Of a stretch of DNA of 64,000 bases, positions 41,908 through 53,585 are shown one piece after another. Made by a program: the position numbers and the translations under genes. Position 1 is the first letter of the stretch; each line of letters begins with the position of its first letter. The notes beneath the pieces were generated by a model. It made no database searches. It was not told the DNA's origin and was given only the letters and a program-made list of their open reading frames with translations. The stretch comes from Chloropicon primus (Eukaryota): assembly GCA_023205875.1 (NCBI GenBank), contig CP060762.1, positions 248,001 through 312,000 of the forward strand. The letters run 5' to 3'.

Positions 41908-42244
41908 GGTCTCCACCCTCCCAGGTCACTCGGAGCGTCAACGCAGGCAAATGAGGGATCAAACGGAAGCCCACGAGGTCTACCTTCGTTCTATGATGGT
42001 CCCGTCGATCAAAACACTCGATATCGTCGCCAAATTCTCGCCCAAAGTCGACAGCAGCCTCCGCGTCCTCTGCGTCCTGCTCTCTCTCTTCTCTGCAGCC
42101 GCCAGGTTCGGCCCGAAACAAATTCAACACTACGAGAGGAGAATTTGCTATTAGATTTGAAGTTCAAATGTGAAGTAGGAAAATCAAAATCCTCGCTTCT
42201 CGAGAGAGGCTGAGGAGGGCGAGAGAGAGGAGGTCTATGACGGG

Positions 42245-44549
42245 GTGTGGCCGACGCGTTTGGCGTCGAGAGGGGAGGACGGCTTGATAAAACGAAGCGT
42301 CTCTTCGAGATCTTTCCGTAGACCTATCACATGCCCAGCTTTGAGGTTTCCTCGGTCGAGTGTCTTGCGATGATGGTGGAAGTGAACGGAATGAGGCTCC
42401 GACTCCAGCCTTGTGTGGCGCGTGGAGGTGAGTTTGGACCGAGTATGAGGGCAAGAGGAGGGCGAAGTGACGATTTCAGATTCGATATCTCCTCCTCTTT
42501 CGAAAGAGCCCGCGATCGAAGAGAACAGAGCTCTGGTGAGGACTTGAGAGACTGAGACGTCGTCCTTTCCCCACTGGTTTTGGTTGTTATGGCAGGTACA
42601 CAGGCGGGTGAGGGCGACGAGGCAGGGGTCTGAGAGGGATTGAGGAGGCGTGGATGAAAGGATCGTGATGTAATCTCTCTGAAGAGCACTCGCTTGGGAT
42701 GACTTCTGCCCTGGTGAAGGTTTTGAGAGTCTGAAACAAGGTTGGTCTCTGTGTCCCTTACTCTTGTCTGTCGCGGTGCACTGGTGGTGGCCGACCTGCT
42801 GAACCTAGGAAGGCCAAGTGGCCCTTGGATTGGCTTCGCGTTGTCGAGGAGAGAGGCCACCAAGCCAGCTCGCCCATCACCTGCCTGTACCTTGGCCTGA
42901 AACACAAACTTGTATCAAACTTGTATCGATATAAGAGAGAGTGGGTCGAGAGCAGCCAGGTGTTGAGGCCTCGCGGTGCAGCAGAGCTCAAGTGGGTACC
43001 GGCGATGAGCTAGCCATGGAGGAGGCCGGCGTGAAAGGGCTCCTTTGCGGGCTACCATTGTACGAGAAGCTGGTCACCGGAAGCGTCGAGTGCAAAGATG
43101 GAGAACCGGTTGCGGTTGTGTCCTTCGACGAGGCCAGGGGGAGGTACCTCGTAGCAGGCTCGAGCTTGAAGCAAGGTGATGTCGTCTTGAGGAGTGATGC
43201 TTTCGAGAGAGGCATCCTGGGCAATTACAAGAAGAGAGTCTGCAGTTTTTGCTTCAAGGACGCGAAGAAACGCCTCCACATTCATTGCAGGGACTGCGAG
43301 CAAGCGTGGTATTGCAGCGAAGCATGCAGAGAGGCTCACAAGCGGAGTGGAGGTCACTCGCTTCTCCACTGCAAGATCTTGAGCGGTTTTGGGAGCTCCA
43401 AGTTCAATGGTGCTATGGAGAGCATCATCAAGATACTTCTCGCCGTCTTACTCAAGCGCGTTGAGGCCGAACCATCTCGGCGAGGCGGCGGCGGGGGCAC
43501 CGGTTACGAACTGTTCAATCACCTGCAGAGCCACGCTGATGACCTCCTGCCACGTTCAAAGAAAGACTTGAAGGATGCTTGCTCCTTCCTTAGGAAGCAG
43601 ATGCAAAGGCACCACGAGGAAGCTCCCCTCCCCTTGGACGAGCTCGTGCACCACGCGAGCCGCATCGAGTCCAACTGTTTCGGAATCTTCGAAGAGGCGG
43701 CAGAAGCAGGGGACCAAGGTCCAAGCACCAGTGCTGAAGGGGGCGAGGGTGACGCCCCCAGAGGTGAAGCAAGTGGCGGTGTGAATGGCAGCAGCCAACA
43801 GCAGCGGGGTCCCCAGAGAGACGTAATGCTGGGGCGCGAGGTCTACTTGGAAGCTTCCATGTTTAATCACTCTTGCGAACCGACTTGTGTGATGTCGAGG
43901 TCGAGCGGTGCCTGCGAAGTCAGTCTCCTGCGCGATGTCGATCAAGGGGAGGAGCTGACGATCAGCTACATCGACGAGACAAAGCCTGGGGCGCACCGTC
44001 GGAAGGAACTCAAGAGAAACTACCACTTTGATTGTCACTGCCGCAAGTGTGAGCTGGACTTGCTGGCTCTGAGGGGAGGAAAGAAGTACAATCATCTTCA
44101 CAAGAAGAAAGCGAAGAAGAAGGGCAAGGGGAGGGCATCGAAGGAAGGGTCAGCGGGAAGCGGCGGAGGTGCGGCTCCACCGGCCATGAACTTTGAGTCG
44201 CAAGTGGACCAAGCCATGCAAAAGTTTCTGGCACTGTAAAACTGTAACAGTAACATGTATCCTTCTTCATGGATGGAGAGAGAGGCAGGCAGGCACAGAG
44301 AGAAAGAGAGAGATCATCTCAGATCATTTTGCAGGTGGCAGACGATGTTGAAGATCAAAAGAGACACAATCCACCCATTCATCACTCCTCTTCTGCTCCC
44401 CTTCTGCTCCCATATCATTATCATTCTCCTGAAAAGTGGAGGAGTTGTCGAGGCAGAGGAGCTTTGTTGTTGTGCCGAGTGTGGCCGACGAGTTTGGCGT
44501 CGAGAGGGGAGGGCGGCTTGATAAAAGGAAGCGTCTCTTCGAGATCTTT
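42245..44549. repeat. 71-bp direct repeat pair (42245-42315 and 44479-44549) bracketing the SET-MYND gene
   Basis: 68/71 identical by manual alignment. Confidence 0.9.
43016..44239 (+). CDS. SET-MYND (SMYD-like) lysine methyltransferase
   Basis: RGRYLVA, MYND CSFC...CRDC...YCSEAC, SMFNHSCEP, ELTISY, post-SET FDCHCRKC. Confidence 0.9.
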   Translation: MEEAGVKGLLCGLPLYEKLVTGSVECKDGEPVAVVSFDEARGRYLVAGSSLKQGDVVLRSDAFERGILGNYKKRVCSFCFKDAKKRLHIHCRDCEQAWYCSEACREAHKRSGGHSLLHCKILSGFGSSKFNGAMESIIKILLAVLLKRVEAEPSRRGGGGGTGYELFNHLQSHADDLLPRSKKDLKDACSFLRKQMQRHHEEAPLPLDELVHHASRIESNCFGIFEEAAEAGDQGPSTSAEGGEGDAPRGEASGGVNGSSQQQRGPQRDVMLGREVYLEASMFNHSCEPTCVMSRSSGACEVSLLRDVDQGEELTISYIDETKPGAHRRKELKRNYHFDCHCRKCELDLLALRGGKKYNHLHKKKAKKKGKGRASKEGSAGSGGGAAPPAMNFESQVDQAMQKFLAL

Positions 44550-44823
44550 TCAGCGGTACCCAACATCGAGGGATTTGACCTCTTTCGTGTCACACGACCA
44601 GGGAGATCACTCCACCCGGAGGGAGGGGAGCACGAGCAAGGTGAGTTCGCGGTGGTTTTCGACGGGGAGGACGGGTGACAAGGCAGCGTGCGGAGGCACA
44701 GGCGAAAGGATCACCTCCTCCTCTTTCCAACGACCCGCCGCTGGAACGAGTTGCGAAGGTATCGAGGAAGTTCTGACTTGCATGATGGTTTGTCCTGCTC
44801 GCTCGCAGTGAGTCGATGGCAAG

Positions 44824-47800
44824 ATGCACAGGCTGAAAGGCTTCAAGAGGAACTCGCCCCGTGGAGCGACGGAGAAGGCAGCGCATCAGGATGAAGCCCT
44901 GGATGGCGGGGAGTCCCTCTCGGTGGCACCTCGGATGATTGGTCAGTGCGGGATACCAAGCAACGCTACGGTGGTGGTCTATGACTTTTACCAGAGGCTT
45001 CTCGCGATAGGGACGAGGGACGGGAGGCTTAAAATCGTTGGAGGTGATGGGGTCGAGGCCCTCTTCATATCTTCGAGGGGAACGAGGACGAAGCAGGTCG
45101 GGCTTACGGCTCAGGGGGGCGTGCTGAGGCTCGCGGACACGGGTTGCCTGGAACTCTGGAGCTTGCCCGAGGAGATGATCTTGTCCTTCGTCGACGAGGA
45201 GGAGATAGAGTGCTTTGAGCTGATGCACACGACGCCTTTTGTTGTCGTCGGGTCGAAGGACGGGAGCTTGAGGATGGCTCAAGTCGTCCTTGGCGCCGGG
45301 GACAACCCGGAAGACTTCAAATTGCTTCCTTACAGGATAGACTGCGATGCGTTGGCCGGGTCTGGAAGTATTGTTAGGGTGGCGTTGCAGCCCGGAGCGA
45401 GCACGAACAGGGTGCTGATAGGCTTCTCCGAGGGCGACGTGTCCTTGTGGTCACTCTACGAGAAGAAGCTTGTGATGACAGGGAGCTCTGAACTGAACGT
45501 CAATGGTGCCAAGTTGAGCGACGTCCAGTGGCTTGGAAACGAGGGTGACAAATTTGTGTCTGGCTACGATGACGGGTCGATCTGGCTGTGGACCGTGCCC
45601 AACGAGGCCCTGCCAAAGTACGCCCCTCCCAGCAAGCCTACCAACGTCACGCCCCTCTGCAGAATCAACTACCCTTCCAGTTCCATGGCCTTTGCTTCCA
45701 TCTTGTCTCTGAAGTGTGGGCAAGCGGGATCGTACGGCGAGGGGGGGAAACTCCATATCGTTGCCCACGGAGTGAACCAGGATGGCATGAAGGCTGTGAT
45801 GAGCGTGGAGCTGGAGAAGGACAAGATAGACGGGATCAAGGGCTCGTCTCAGCAAGAATTTAGTGCACAAGCATGCAAAACCCTGCCTTGGTTTGGCAAC
45901 GTCGAGTCCATGTGCGTGATCGAGTCTATCTCCTCCAATTTGGAGCTCGAGATTAGTGCCATTGTCACCCTGGCGGAGTTCTCGACCGTCCATATTTACG
46001 ACATCGAGCAGTACATGCCTTTCCAGGTGGACACGCCTTTTCAGCGATGCACGTCATTGCAATGCGTGTACGTGGACAGGACGGAGAGTCGAGTTCATTC
46101 GACAATGTATCATAGGTTGGTCGAGAAGCCAGAGGAGATCTTTCGCCCTCCTCCTGTTTTGGCTTCGGGGGGTCCTTGGCCCATCACCGGCGGGCGCGCC
46201 ACCGAAATCGAATCGACGTCTGATATGCCGGTGGAGTGGGGACTCATGGTCAGCGGACACCAAGATGGGGTGGCCCGTGTGTGGGATACTGGAATCAACT
46301 CCATCAGGTTGCTTGGGAGCTTTCCGTCCGAGAATGCTCCAGCTTCTGTGATCACGTGCCTCTGTGTATCTTCAAACCTTTTTGTCCTTGGGTACGACAA
46401 CGGAGAAATGAGAGTCTTTGTCTCGGCCTCTGAAGAAAAGATTGCATACGAGCAGCTCGTCATCAACGAGGAGCTGGAGATCGAAAACTCCACTCACGAT
46501 GGCTCCCCGTTCGCGTGCTTGATCAGAAGCAGCACGCACCGCCATCCAATTAGCGCTCTTCAGTGCAGTGTGGATTTGGGTCTGATAGCTTGTGGGGACG
46601 AGAGCGGAACGATTTCTGTGATCGGTCTTGAGGGGAACATGCTGTTCTGCGGTGAGGTTCTTCCAGCATCGATATCATCCGTTCTCCTGGCCACGAGGGA
46701 GTTTGTTGGGGGCGAGGTCCACAGGTGCGTCGTGGTTTCGTCAGAATCGTGTTCAGTCAGCTTGATCGACTTGGATGACCCGAAGACCATGCCAGAGGTC
46801 ATGACTCCCAAAAACATTGCGTATTTATTGTATGCTGGCCTGCTCGACCAGCAGTCCAACCTCATCGAGTCGAACATGAGCGATTCGGAGCTCTTTTTCC
46901 CAGGCATGACAAGGAAAACGAGGGGGAAAGAGAGCGTCGTCGAAAGAGATTTGGAGGAAAGCACCTCGGAAGATGAAGCAGATGCACTGCCTTGTGAGGA
47001 AGAGAACAGCGTCGTAGTATCTGCCCAGCACCTTGTTCAGTGTTCTTCAGGCTACCTCCGCATCTACCCCTTGCATGGGATAGCGAAGGGGGAGCGAACG
47101 ACGTTGAAGAAGGTGAGAACAGAAGCACCTTTCCAAGCAGCGCACGCCGTGAACAGGTCGAACATGAATCACGAAGGATCGAGCATGGTGACAATAGACG
47201 AGGGCGGGACTTTGTCCGTGTGGTCCATACCCAGCTTTGAAAAGTATTGGAGCAGGGAAATCAGTGATGTCCTGGGATGGAAGTGGAGTCTCGGGGAAGA
47301 TGCGAGGATCACGTTCTCAAGTGATGGCCAGGTCGTGCTACTGCTGCACGATGAAATCGTTCGAATCAGCCTTCCCTCGGACGACCGGAGGAATCCCGTG
47401 CCTTCCTTGTGCTTGCACGACAAGGAAGTTGCAGATGCGCTCGAAGCCGCTCTGGCTGCCATTGCGATCTCGAGCCAGACAGACGAGGAAGCAATGCCAA
47501 CGGCAAAGAAGCAGTCTAAGTTCGGCTCGTTCCTCTCGAGCGCGACTTCCATGATGACGGGTCAAGCCATACTTCAGCCTGCCACCCGGCCTTCCGTCCA
47601 GCAGCTTCACACGGTCTTCTCCAAGTCCATCATCCCCCCTTCTGCGGCGGCTTCGTCATCCAAGTCCAGGACGTACGCCAAATCTGATCCAGTCGCGAGC
47701 GCACAGAAGAGCCCCTGGTCGTCGTACATGGGCGGCTCCTCGAGGCCCGAGTCGAAGCCCAAGGAAAAGCCAGGGCGGAGGACGGTCGACGAGATCAAGG

Positions 47801-47994
47801 CAGCCTACGGGAGAGACACCTCCAAGGTGAAGAACATCATGGCAGAGAATATGAACAAGCTGGCCGAGCGCGGTGAGAAACTGAGTCAGATCCAGGACAA
47901 GACACAGCAGCTGGAGAACGATGCCGAGGACTTTATGACGATGGCAAAGAAGCTTGCTGAGCGAGAAAAGAACAGAAAGTGGTACGAATTCTAA
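44824..47994 (+). CDS. Tomosyn/Lgl-family WD40 protein with C-terminal R-SNARE motif
   Basis: YD..QRLLAIGTRDGRLKIVG, WPITGG, SGHQDG; RTVDEIKAAYG; N..KLAERGEKLSQIQDKTQQLENDAEDF SNARE motif. Confidence 0.88.
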   Translation: MHRLKGFKRNSPRGATEKAAHQDEALDGGESLSVAPRMIGQCGIPSNATVVVYDFYQRLLAIGTRDGRLKIVGGDGVEALFISSRGTRTKQVGLTAQGGVLRLADTGCLELWSLPEEMILSFVDEEEIECFELMHTTPFVVVGSKDGSLRMAQVVLGAGDNPEDFKLLPYRIDCDALAGSGSIVRVALQPGASTNRVLIGFSEGDVSLWSLYEKKLVMTGSSELNVNGAKLSDVQWLGNEGDKFVSGYDDGSIWLWTVPNEALPKYAPPSKPTNVTPLCRINYPSSSMAFASILSLKCGQAGSYGEGGKLHIVAHGVNQDGMKAVMSVELEKDKIDGIKGSSQQEFSAQACKTLPWFGNVESMCVIESISSNLELEISAIVTLAEFSTVHIYDIEQYMPFQVDTPFQRCTSLQCVYVDRTESRVHSTMYHRLVEKPEEIFRPPPVLASGGPWPITGGRATEIESTSDMPVEWGLMVSGHQDGVARVWDTGINSIRLLGSFPSENAPASVITCLCVSSNLFVLGYDNGEMRVFVSASEEKIAYEQLVINEELEIENSTHDGSPFACLIRSSTHRHPISALQCSVDLGLIACGDESGTISVIGLEGNMLFCGEVLPASISSVLLATREFVGGEVHRCVVVSSESCSVSLIDLDDPKTMPEVMTPKNIAYLLYAGLLDQQSNLIESNMSDSELFFPGMTRKTRGKESVVERDLEESTSEDEADALPCEEENSVVVSAQHLVQCSSGYLRIYPLHGIAKGERTTLKKVRTEAPFQAAHAVNRSNMNHEGSSMVTIDEGGTLSVWSIPSFEKYWSREISDVLGWKWSLGEDARITFSSDGQVVLLLHDEIVRISLPSDDRRNPVPSLCLHDKEVADALEAALAAIAISSQTDEEAMPTAKKQSKFGSFLSSATSMMTGQAILQPATRPSVQQLHTVFSKSIIPPSAAASSSKSRTYAKSDPVASAQKSPWSSYMGGSSRPESKPKEKPGRRTVDEIKAAYGRDTSKVKNIMAENMNKLAERGEKLSQIQDKTQQLENDAEDFMTMAKKLAEREKNRKWYEF

Positions 47995-48299
47995 ACGAAA
48001 CAGCGGATTTCATGCAACACAAACGTGGAGAGAGAGAGAGAGAAAGAAAGAAGGAGAGAGAGAGAGAGAGAGAGAGAGTTGGGTGTGTATCCATTATTCA
48101 CTTACCCCTCCCTTCACCCCTCCCTCATCCCTCATCACCACCCTCACCCTCACCCTCACCCTACCATCACCTACCATTCCTGCAGGGAAGAGATCGATCT
48201 GCATCTCACTTTTTTCAACTCAGCCGCCGCGAGCGAGTGGAGCGAAGCGGAGTGGAGCGGAGTGCATTCGCTTGCTCTAGAGGGAAGCCAAGGGACGCC

Positions 48300-50237
48300 A
48301 TGGGAACGGACTCGGGTTCAATTACCCTCAAGGACGTCGACCTGAACGAAACAGGCAAAGGCGTTGACCTGGAAAGGGATGGGACAGGTGCCCAAACAAG
48401 CAGCGCCGAAGCGGATGTCATGAGGAACAACAACTCGTTTCATGGCAACGGCGTTAGGCAGCACAGCAGCGAGGTGCTTCATCACGAGCCGTACTTGACG
48501 ATGCGATGGAAAGCGTTCAAGCGCAAGGCTTTGGTCCGGAGGAGGGCGGTGCCTGTGGACACGACGGAAGGGACTCCGCTGACGAGGGGAGAGAAGAGCA
48601 TGCCCAATGGTTCAACCTCTTCTCCTTCGAGCAACTCTGCGCCGGAAGCGAACGGCGAGGGGGGAGGGGAGCCGGAGATGAAGCGTGTGCTCGGCGCGTG
48701 GGACCTGATCATGTTTGGCATCGGTGGCATAGTGGGAGCTGGCGTGTTCGTTCTGACCGGAGTGGGAGCACACGATGCAGCTGGACCGGCTATCATCGTG
48801 TCGTACCTCATCGCTTCCTTTGCAGCGGGTCTGTCTGCGCTGTGTTACACCGAGTACGCGGTGGACATGCCGGTTGCCGGGGGTGCCTTCAATTACGTGG
48901 CCATTGAGTGCGGCGAGCTCTTCGGTTGGATCGCAGGGTGGAACCTCGTCCTCGAATACACCCTGTCCAGCGCCGCTGTCGGCAGAGGCTTCACGTCGTA
49001 TGCCAGCACCATGCTGGGTTTCCAGCCGGATCAGTGGAGGGTGAGCTTTGGCCCGTTGAACTTGGACTTTCCTGGCCTCTTCATGGTCCTCGCCGTGACA
49101 GCGCTTCTGTGTTACGGCACAAAGGAGAGCGCGAGGTTCAACACGATAGTGACCGCGGTGAACGTGGCCGTGATCCTCTTTGTGATTTTTGTGGGTCTGC
49201 CCGAGTGCAGCGCTTCGGACTTCAAGCCCTTCAGCCCCATGGGACTCACGGGAGTCTTCAACGGAGCCGCCATTGTATTCTTCTCTTACGTTGGCTTCGA
49301 TACCGTTGCGACGACTGCAGAGGAGACGAGGAACCCGTCGAGAGATCTCCCCATCGGCATCGTGGGCTCGCTCATCGTGTGCACCATCCTGTACGCGGCG
49401 ATGTGCGCAGCGCTTACAGGAATGGTGTACTACGAAGACATTGACGTGAACGCGCCGTTTGCGGACGCCTTCATGAGGATCGATATGGGTTGGGCGACGG
49501 AGGTGGTTTCCATTGGCGCAGTCACTGGAATCGTGACTGCCTTGCTTGTGGCTCTCTTGGGTTGTGCGAGGATCTACACGATACTCGGGAGGACGGGACT
49601 CCTTCCTCCCTCGATGTCCAAGATCAGCAAGTCCAGGGGGACCCCAATAAATGCCACTGTCATTACTGGCATGTCCTCCGGCCTCCTGACGTTCCTCTTC
49701 GACATTGAGATCCTGGCCGAGCTCGTTTCCATTGGGACCCTCTTCGTTTTCTCCTTCGTCGCGGGGAGTATCATGATCAAGCACTACGGCCAAGAGGTGA
49801 TGGGGAAGAGCAACATCCCGTCGCTTGTCGTGCGATTGGTGGTGCAGGTCGCTCTGGCCCTCGTCATGTGCGTGCTTGTCCAGGCCGAGAAGTGGATTCC
49901 TGTGGCCATCCTTGCGCTCCTGTACGGCGCGGTCATCATTTCCTACTACTTCATCCCAAGGAATCAGATTGCTCTCAAGTTCAGGGTGCCTCTCATTCCC
50001 TGGGTCCCCTCGTTGTGCATCCTTTGCAACGTTTACCTCATCGGGAGCTTGGGCATTTGGGCTTACGTGCGATTCTTCATCTGGAACTTCATCGGCGTGT
50101 GTGTCTACTTCTTTTACGGTGCGATCCACACCAGCGAGGTCCTCCCTTCGCAGCTCAAGTCCATCGCCCTCGTTGGTGTCCGGAGGGACAGTCAGAGGGA
50201 GGATGCCAACCTTCTGTCCGACTCTGAGAGAAGCTAA
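48300..50237 (+). CDS. CAT: Cationic amino acid transporter (APC superfamily)
   Basis: GIGGIVGAGVFVLTG, LCYTEYA..PVAGGAFNY, FFSYVGFD...AEE..NP.RDLPIGI, FRVPLIPWVP. Confidence 0.93.
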   Translation: MGTDSGSITLKDVDLNETGKGVDLERDGTGAQTSSAEADVMRNNNSFHGNGVRQHSSEVLHHEPYLTMRWKAFKRKALVRRRAVPVDTTEGTPLTRGEKSMPNGSTSSPSSNSAPEANGEGGGEPEMKRVLGAWDLIMFGIGGIVGAGVFVLTGVGAHDAAGPAIIVSYLIASFAAGLSALCYTEYAVDMPVAGGAFNYVAIECGELFGWIAGWNLVLEYTLSSAAVGRGFTSYASTMLGFQPDQWRVSFGPLNLDFPGLFMVLAVTALLCYGTKESARFNTIVTAVNVAVILFVIFVGLPECSASDFKPFSPMGLTGVFNGAAIVFFSYVGFDTVATTAEETRNPSRDLPIGIVGSLIVCTILYAAMCAALTGMVYYEDIDVNAPFADAFMRIDMGWATEVVSIGAVTGIVTALLVALLGCARIYTILGRTGLLPPSMSKISKSRGTPINATVITGMSSGLLTFLFDIEILAELVSIGTLFVFSFVAGSIMIKHYGQEVMGKSNIPSLVVRLVVQVALALVMCVLVQAEKWIPVAILALLYGAVIISYYFIPRNQIALKFRVPLIPWVPSLCILCNVYLIGSLGIWAYVRFFIWNFIGVCVYFFYGAIHTSEVLPSQLKSIALVGVRRDSQREDANLLSDSERS

Positions 50238-50577
50238 ATCATTATTATTTTGTGCACACAATCAATCAATCGCTCCCTCACTCATTCAGAGAGAGAGAGA
50301 GGGAGGGAGAGAGAGATCCTCTCCCCATTGCCTCCGTCACTCACCTTCATCCATCCATCACCTTTGCCCCTTTACCCATCAAGTGAGGGCTCTTTGGAAC
50401 GAAGGAGAGCAAGCCATGGAGGAAGGGCAAGAGATCAAAGAGACAGTCACACCACCACCCCTTTGCCTCCATCACCATCACCACCATGGATCGCCCATCA
50501 CATCACAATGTCCTCCTTCACTTCTTCAGTTGCACAGAAGCGGAGGCGGAGGAGGCTGGAGGCTGGAGGCGAAGAAG

Positions 50578-51455
50578 ATGACGAAGACGGTGGTGATCGT
50601 GATGGCAATGGAGGCAGAGGCGAAGCCCTTCGTCGAGCATCTCCAACTGAAGAAGGATGAAACGATATTTCCCAAGGGATTCAAGGCGGAGTGTTATGCT
50701 GGGAGTTTGGACACCACAAAGGTTTACCTCATCCTGAACGGAAAGTGTCACAAATACAACGTCGATATCGTGGGAACCGTCGGAGGAGCCGTCACCACCT
50801 TCGCGGCGATTCAAGCCCTGCATCCTGACGTCATCATCAACGCCGGGACTTGCGGTGGCTTCAAAGCAATGGGTGGAGAGGTCGGATCGATCTACCTCTG
50901 CACGAGATTCCTGAACCACGACAGGAGGATAGCGATCCCAGGCTTTGATGCCTTTGGTGTGGGAGAATTGAAGACGGTGGACCTCAATCAGGGGCTCTTG
51001 GATCACGTTGGTGCGAAGAACGGCGTGGTGAGCACGGGAAACTCTTTGGATATGGTGAAGGAGGATGAGCACTACATCAAGCTTCACAAGGCCACTTGCA
51101 AGGATATGGAAGGTGAGTTCACTCCATATTATGAAGGGGATGGATGGTTTTGTCACTCCCCCTCCTCATCGGTTAGACTCTCGTTCGTCTCGAATTCGCC
51201 GAAGGGCACTGCGCTTAACCACGGGCCTTCCACTCCTCGCTCTCGCTCTGCGTTCGAACAGGGGCCGCTGTTGCTTACATCTGCGACCAGCTGGGGGTTC
51301 CTATGTTCGCACTCAAGTCGGTCACGGACATTGTGGACGGCGAGCACCCTACGCCGGAGGAGTTCCTGAAAAACTTGGGCACGGCCGCAAAGTGCCTCCA
51401 GGAGGCCCTTCCCAAGGTGTTGTCTTACATCTCACAAAACTCGTTCGAGGCTTGA
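50578..51455 (+). CDS. MTN: 5'-methylthioadenosine nucleosidase; intron 51113-51261
   Basis: MAMEAEA, INAGTCGGF, HDRRIAIP, STGNSLD, KDME|GAAVAY...KSVTDIVDG. Confidence 0.92.
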
Positions 51456-51563
51456 AGCTTGAAGAGGGGGTCACGTTTAAGGTTTGGTGATTCTTATAAA
51501 ATACAAAATGATGTTTGCTCTGCTTCTTAGTCGTGCGCCAGGCGGGCCACACCCACCCATCCA

Positions 51564-52002
51564 TCAGGTGTCGAGGTAGTTCGAAGCCATCAGGAGCTCC
51601 AGGGCGTATTCTGGCGCGATATCAAAAGGTGGTATGTCGTGAGTGCTGAGGAAGGGACACGCGCGCGCGCGCGCGAGAGAGAGAGAGACAGAAACAAGAG
51701 GTTTCAGTACTTTGTGTGTGTTCAATCGAATCGGATCGCTTTCTTTCGGTCGTTCCAGGCCCTCTCGGGCACCCAACTCACCTGTTGGTGTACCGGAGCT
51801 TGTAGTAAAAGTACTGGCAAACTTTTTCCAAGATGGGCGTGGATATCTCTGGAAACTTGATTTCCCCGAGCTCCGACTCCGTGAAGCTCCCTTGGGAGCT
51901 CAGCATGTTCTTAATCGTGTTGGACACGCAAGCAGCCTCATAGTCGATCACGAACTCGAACCCCTCTGCGCTTATCAACCTCACAGTGTTTTCCTTGGAC
52001 AT
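51564..52002 (-). CDS. ELOC: Elongin C; one intron at ~51647-51781
   Basis: VRLISAEGFEFVI...SNTIKNML...FPEISTPILEKVCQYFYYK...F.IAPE.ALELLMASNYLDT. Confidence 0.93.
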
Positions 52003-52769
52003 CCTAACTGACTTCTCAAGAGGCAGAGAGTGAGTCCAACGAAAGCAACGAAGAACGATTCTAGACAAGCGACGTTACGAGGAGGATCCCAATCTGCCGC
52101 CAGCTCCTGCGACTGGAAAGCAAAAGGAGGACGCCGAGTTAGGTGACGAGGGCAAAAAGATGGCTGAAGAATACACACAGGCCCAAGCCCAAGCCCAAGA
52201 AGGATTCTTGTCCAATCCCCCGTCCCCTCGCTCGAATGAGGGGTCGACGGAAAGAGAAAGACCCCCCCTTTCGTTCTGCAGACCTCTCCGGTGCCAAAAC
52301 TTCCCCCAACTCACCTCTCTTCTCCTCGTCCTCGAGCTTCAAACCAAAACCAACCTTGCGAGAGCAAACCCACACGACGTTTCAGTTCCTAAAATCCTCA
52401 AAACTCCGCCATTCCCTTCGAGGGACGGCTCTTCGGAAAGAACGCGAGACGACGCTTCGATCCATTGCATCCCTCCGTCACGACACGCTCTCCCTCGTCG
52501 CACACTCCACTTACCCGCTCGCTCTCTGGCTCCGGCTCTGATCGATTTTTGTATTTTGTTTGGTCAACTGGCTTGGCTTGGTTGAGAGAGCGACACGATC
52601 GGAGCGGCGGTGGCAGAGCGAGGCGGGAGAGGGAGGAAAGAGGGAAGGGAAGCGATCGATCTCATCGTTCGTTTGATCGGTACCGATCGATCTATAGGCT
52701 TCCACGCGATCTTTCGATCGGTGTGCGCCTTGTTCAGGTTGGATCTTTATAGGCAACCATCTCAAGGTG

Positions 52770-53585
52770 ATGATGTTGCGTTGCGTGAGGACAGCGTCGA
52801 GGCTGGTGAGTGCAGCAGAGGCGACGACGTCGCAAGCGGCGGTGTTGAGGAAGGAGGTCGTCGGGATGAAGCCGCTGGAGGGTCCCCTCGTTGGAAGTGT
52901 GAGGACGGTGGGTTCTCCTCGGTGGTTCAGCGGCAGTGGTGCGCAGACGGGGAGCAAGCAAGCGAGGCTGCACCTGGAGCAGAAGAGCAGAGAGGCTCGG
53001 CGGAAGGCGGTGGAGAATGCATCGTACTTGACGGCAATCGTGATCGGGATGGTTGGGTTGACGTACGCGTCGGTGCCTTTGTACAGAATGTTTTGCCAGG
53101 CCACCGGGTACGGCGGGACCACGCAGAGGGCTCTGACGCTGGAGGAGAAGCTCGCCAGGGAGGACGCGGAGGAGGACCTCTCCGCGAGCGCTGCGGCTGC
53201 GGAGAGGAGTCTCACCGTGCACTTCAACGCGGACATCACCAGCGGGATGCACTGGAAGTTCACGCCGACGCAGAAGAAGGTCAGGACGACTCCGGGAGAG
53301 AGCACCTTGGCGTTCTACACGGTGAAGAATCTGAGCGACAAGGCGGTCACCGGAGTTTCCACGTACAACGTGACTCCCCAGAAAGCTGGCGTGTACTTCA
53401 ACAAGATCCAGTGCTTTTGCTTCGAGGAGCAGAGGCTTCGGCCGAACGAGGAGATCGACATGCCGGTGTTCTTTTACATCGATCGGGAGTTTGCGACGGA
53501 CCCAAACATGAGCGACGTCACCTCCTTGACTCTGTCTTACACCTTCTTCAAAGTCAGCGAGGAGGACGGGGACGAGGAGGAATAA
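52770..53585 (+). CDS. COX11: Cytochrome c oxidase assembly protein COX11
   Basis: YASVPLYRMFCQATGYGG, YFNKIQCFCFEEQ, DMPVFFYID, LSYTFF. Confidence 0.96.
   Translation: MMLRCVRTASRLVSAAEATTSQAAVLRKEVVGMKPLEGPLVGSVRTVGSPRWFSGSGAQTGSKQARLHLEQKSREARRKAVENASYLTAIVIGMVGLTYASVPLYRMFCQATGYGGTTQRALTLEEKLAREDAEEDLSASAAAAERSLTVHFNADITSGMHWKFTPTQKKVRTTPGESTLAFYTVKNLSDKAVTGVSTYNVTPQKAGVYFNKIQCFCFEEQRLRPNEEIDMPVFFYIDREFATDPNMSDVTSLTLSYTFFKVSEEDGDEEE

Noticed and set aside
49825..51369. 514-aa ORF suggesting a CAT-MTN fusion
   Set aside because: Chance open frame through the CAT 3' end, intergenic DNA and the MTN intron; MTN starts at 50578.
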